Assembly: GCA_043827405.1 (NCBI GenBank)
Contig: JBDRPD010000040.1
Location: forward strand, 1 to 36,784
DNA: 36,784 nucleotides
Direction of reading: 5' to 3'
Origin: Elusimicrobiota bacterium
GTDB lineage: Bacteria; Elusimicrobiota; Elusimicrobia; UBA1565
Both the position numbers and the translations under genes were made by a program. The stretch's first letter is position 1; every line of letters begins with the position of its first letter. Under the pieces are notes generated by a model. The model saw only the letters and a list, made by a program, of their open reading frames with translations. It made no database searches and was not told the origin of the DNA. This document shows positions 34,215 through 36,784 of this stretch, one piece after another.

Positions 34215-35632
34215 AAAATATCGTCTTCATTCAGCCGCCCATGAGGATGGAGCAGCGCTATGGGCGCTTGGCCGCGGCCGGTGCGACCGCGCCCCCGTAC
34301 GGGATATGCTGCCTGGCCGCCGTCGCCCGCAAGCACGGCTATCGGGCGCATATCATCGACGCCGAGGCTTCCCGCCTGACGGTCGAAAAGGCGGCGGAGG
34401 CCGCGCTGAGCTTTCGCCCGCACTACGCGGGGTTTACCGCGACGACCCTGACGCTGCGCAACGCGGCCCGCATCGCCCGTCTGCTCAAGGAAGCCGACCC
34501 GGCGGTGCGCACGATCGTGGGCGGCTGCCATGTGACCGCGCTCCCCGAGGAGACGCTGGAGACGCATCCGGAGTTCGATATCGGGGTCCTCGGGGAAGGC
34601 GAAGACACGCTCATCGAACTGCTGCGCCGCCTCGACGAAGGCGGCGATCCGGAAAGCGTGCGGGGCCTGGCCCTGAGGCGCAGCGGCGTCGTCCGGACTC
34701 CCCGCCGGCCGCTTATCGCGGACCTCGACTCTCTGCCGCCGCCGGCGTTCGACCTGCTGCCGGAGCTTGCGCGGCATTACCGGCCGAACGCGCAGAGCGT
34801 GGCGAGTCTCCCCGCGCTGTCGCTGATGACTTCCCGCGGCTGTTTCGGGCAGTGTACCTTCTGCGACCGCAGCGTCATGGGCAATAAGCTGCGCTTTCAC
34901 GGCGCCCCTTTCGTGCTCGGCATGATCAAGAACCTGCGGGAGCGGCACGGCATCCGCAGCATTTCCTTCGAGGATGATATTTTCCTGGCGCTGCGCCGGC
35001 GCCTGGAGGAAATGGCTTCGCTGTGGGACCGGCGCCGGGATACGGCCTGGACCTGCGCGTCCCGCGTGGACGCCGTGGATGAGAAGACCTTGCGCCTGGC
35101 GAAGCGCCTGGGCTGCTGGCAGGTCCTATACGGCGTGGAGTCGGGCTCGCAGAAGATTCTGGATCTCTACGATAAGCGCATCACGCTCGATCAGATCGAA
35201 CGCGTCGTCGAGATGAGCCGGCGCCTGGGGCTCTATACCAAGGGATTCCTTATGATCGGGAACCCTCTCGAGACCCTGGAAACGCTCGATGCGACCCGCG
35301 TTTTCGCCAAGCGCATCGCGCTCACCGACATCGCCTTGTCGTTTTTCACCCCGTTCCCCGGAGCGGCGCTCTATCGCGCATGGCGCAAGTACGGGGCTTT
35401 CGACAACGATCCGGAAAAAATGACGGGCAATCATGTCGTTTTTGTCCCGCATGGGCTGAGCAAAGAGCTGCTGCAGCATCATGAAAGAAAAATCCTGCGG
35501 GATTTCTACGGCCGGGTTTCGATCGTCTGGAGCTATCTCCGCCGGACGCGGGACCCGCGGCGCCTCATGGCCCTGGTTCCCAGCGCCGTCGGGCTGGCCC
35601 GGCATGTCCTGGGTCAGCGCTTCAGAGCCTGA
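34211..35632 (+). CDS. B12-binding-domain radical SAM protein
   Basis: N-terminal cobalamin-binding fold (PPYGICCLAA..IIDAE..VGGCHVT..GEGE), TSRGCFGQCTFC (CxxxCxxC), FEDD, GVESGSQ, IGNPLET, TPFPG. Probable start ATG 34211. Confidence 0.9.
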   Translation: MKNIVFIQPPMRMEQRYGRLAAAGATAPPYGICCLAAVARKHGYRAHIIDAEASRLTVEKAAEAALSFRPHYAGFTATTLTLRNAARIARLLKEADPAVRTIVGGCHVTALPEETLETHPEFDIGVLGEGEDTLIELLRRLDEGGDPESVRGLALRRSGVVRTPRRPLIADLDSLPPPAFDLLPELARHYRPNAQSVASLPALSLMTSRGCFGQCTFCDRSVMGNKLRFHGAPFVLGMIKNLRERHGIRSISFEDDIFLALRRRLEEMASLWDRRRDTAWTCASRVDAVDEKTLRLAKRLGCWQVLYGVESGSQKILDLYDKRITLDQIERVVEMSRRLGLYTKGFLMIGNPLETLETLDATRVFAKRIALTDIALSFFTPFPGAALYRAWRKYGAFDNDPEKMTGNHVVFVPHGLSKELLQHHERKILRDFYGRVSIVWSYLRRTRDPRRLMALVPSAVGLARHVLGQRFRA

Positions 35633-36783
35633 AGCGAACGCCGCAGGCGCTCGGCTTTCGCGTCCTCGCCCAGGAGCGAATAGAGCTCGGCCGCGGCGCG
35701 CAAGCTCTCCTCATGCCGGTCGGCGCCGCGCGCCGAATCCGCAGAGGCAACGGCGACGGCGCGCGCGAGCTCCCGCCGCGCCCGCGGACGGTCTCCCGCC
35801 GCGGCTGCGCGCCGCGCCGCCAGGATCGAATGATTCGCGCCCGCCCGCGCCAGCGTTCCGAGATCTCCCAAAGCGGCGGCGTAGAGGCCCGCGGGAAGAG
35901 GCGCCAGCAGCTCAAGGAGCTCCGCGTCCGGCCCGTGGGCGTCGGCGCACAGCTCGCGGCGCACTTCGGCGGAGGCTCCGGCCGCCCATTCCTGGCCGCA
36001 GGCTTTCCCCGCCGCTTCGCGGCTCATGCGAAATGCCTCCCGCGCCGCCTGCTTCTCGCCGCGCAGCAGCAGGCTCGCTCCGGCGATGATATGCGACCGC
36101 TCCGCCAGGAAGGGGTCATCGCGGCGGATTTCCGCCAGCACCTCCGCGGCGGTGATCCCCTGCATCCCGAGAGCCCAGGCGTAGTCCAGCCGTCTCGACG
36201 GACGCGGATCGAGCGCCGCGGCGGCGGAAAAATCCCGAACCGCCGCCCACCCGCCTTCACGCCGCATGCGTTCCCGGCCCCGGCGCCCCAGCAGCCAGGC
36301 GTCGCGCGGGTGGTTCGCAAGCACCTCCTCGAGCCGGTCCAGGGAAGCGTCGCGGCGCAGGGGGTAAGCGCCGGCCAGAACTGCGGCCGCCAGCGCCAGG
36401 GCGAATACCGGCGCGGCCCCGAACCACACCAGCCCGGAGGGGGGTCTCTTCGGCGCCCGCGGATTCAGCCAGCCGGCCGGTGCGCTCGCGGCCAGAACCG
36501 CGGCCAGCGGCCAGAGGGGAAAGAAAAACCTTTCCGTCGTGCCGATCAGGCAGTGAACGCCGAAGAAATACGCCGCCAAGAGCGCCGTCTGACGGTATTC
36601 CTCACGGTTGCGGGCATGCCAGGCCGAGAAAACCGCCAAGAGGAAGATCAGCGGATGCAGCAGCGCCGCATGCCAGGCGCGCTGCATGCAGGAAACCGTG
36701 TAGCGCAGCGGATGGCGCAGGACCTCGCCCGCCGCCCATAGCAGGACGTCGTCTTCGCGCGTGATGCCGGCCATCTTGAACAC
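35614..36783 (-). CDS. C-terminal part of a polytopic membrane protein with TPR-like tail (possibly GT-C/ArnT-like), truncated by the window edge
   Basis: Several TM helices with ERFFFPLWP, followed by Ala/Arg-rich TPR-like helices. The frame is open to the window edge. Confidence 0.65.
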   Translation of the reverse strand: MFKMAGITREDDVLLWAAGEVLRHPLRYTVSCMQRAWHAALLHPLIFLLAVFSAWHARNREEYRQTALLAAYFFGVHCLIGTTERFFFPLWPLAAVLAASAPAGWLNPRAPKRPPSGLVWFGAAPVFALALAAAVLAGAYPLRRDASLDRLEEVLANHPRDAWLLGRRGRERMRREGGWAAVRDFSAAAALDPRPSRRLDYAWALGMQGITAAEVLAEIRRDDPFLAERSHIIAGASLLLRGEKQAAREAFRMSREAAGKACGQEWAAGASAEVRRELCADAHGPDAELLELLAPLPAGLYAAALGDLGTLARAGANHSILAARRAAAAGDRPRARRELARAVAVASADSARGADRHEESLRAAAELYSLLGEDAKAERLRRSLQALKR

Positions 36784-36784
36784 A

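Overview
GC-rich bacterial chromosomal window. The lineage is possibly Elusimicrobiota-like, which is only an inference from the style of its TPR/SGNH and hypothetical genes. The centrepiece (12688-32164) is a ~19.5 kb, translationally coupled seven-gene operon. It joins an iterative PUFA-synthase-type FAS/PKS (pfaD, pfaA with three tandem ACPs, fused pfaBC) directly to a complete oleABCD head-to-head olefin pathway, so it is a predicted long-chain polyunsaturated hydrocarbon cluster. No PPTase, thioesterase or AGPAT is present in the window. Flanking genes: ettA, a MacAB-like adaptor/permease pair whose adaptor lacks the helical hairpin, an SGNH-TPR/HTH/Sm-like/SGNH cluster, a GIY-YIG nuclease, gpsA, an ORF6N protein, aroB-aroQ, a B12-binding radical SAM enzyme, and truncated membrane proteins at both edges. 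Several genes have an extended -10 box 6 nt before the start codon, suggesting leaderless mRNAs. A G-quadruplex-like tract lies in one promoter. I saw no rRNA, tRNA, CRISPR array or transposase.
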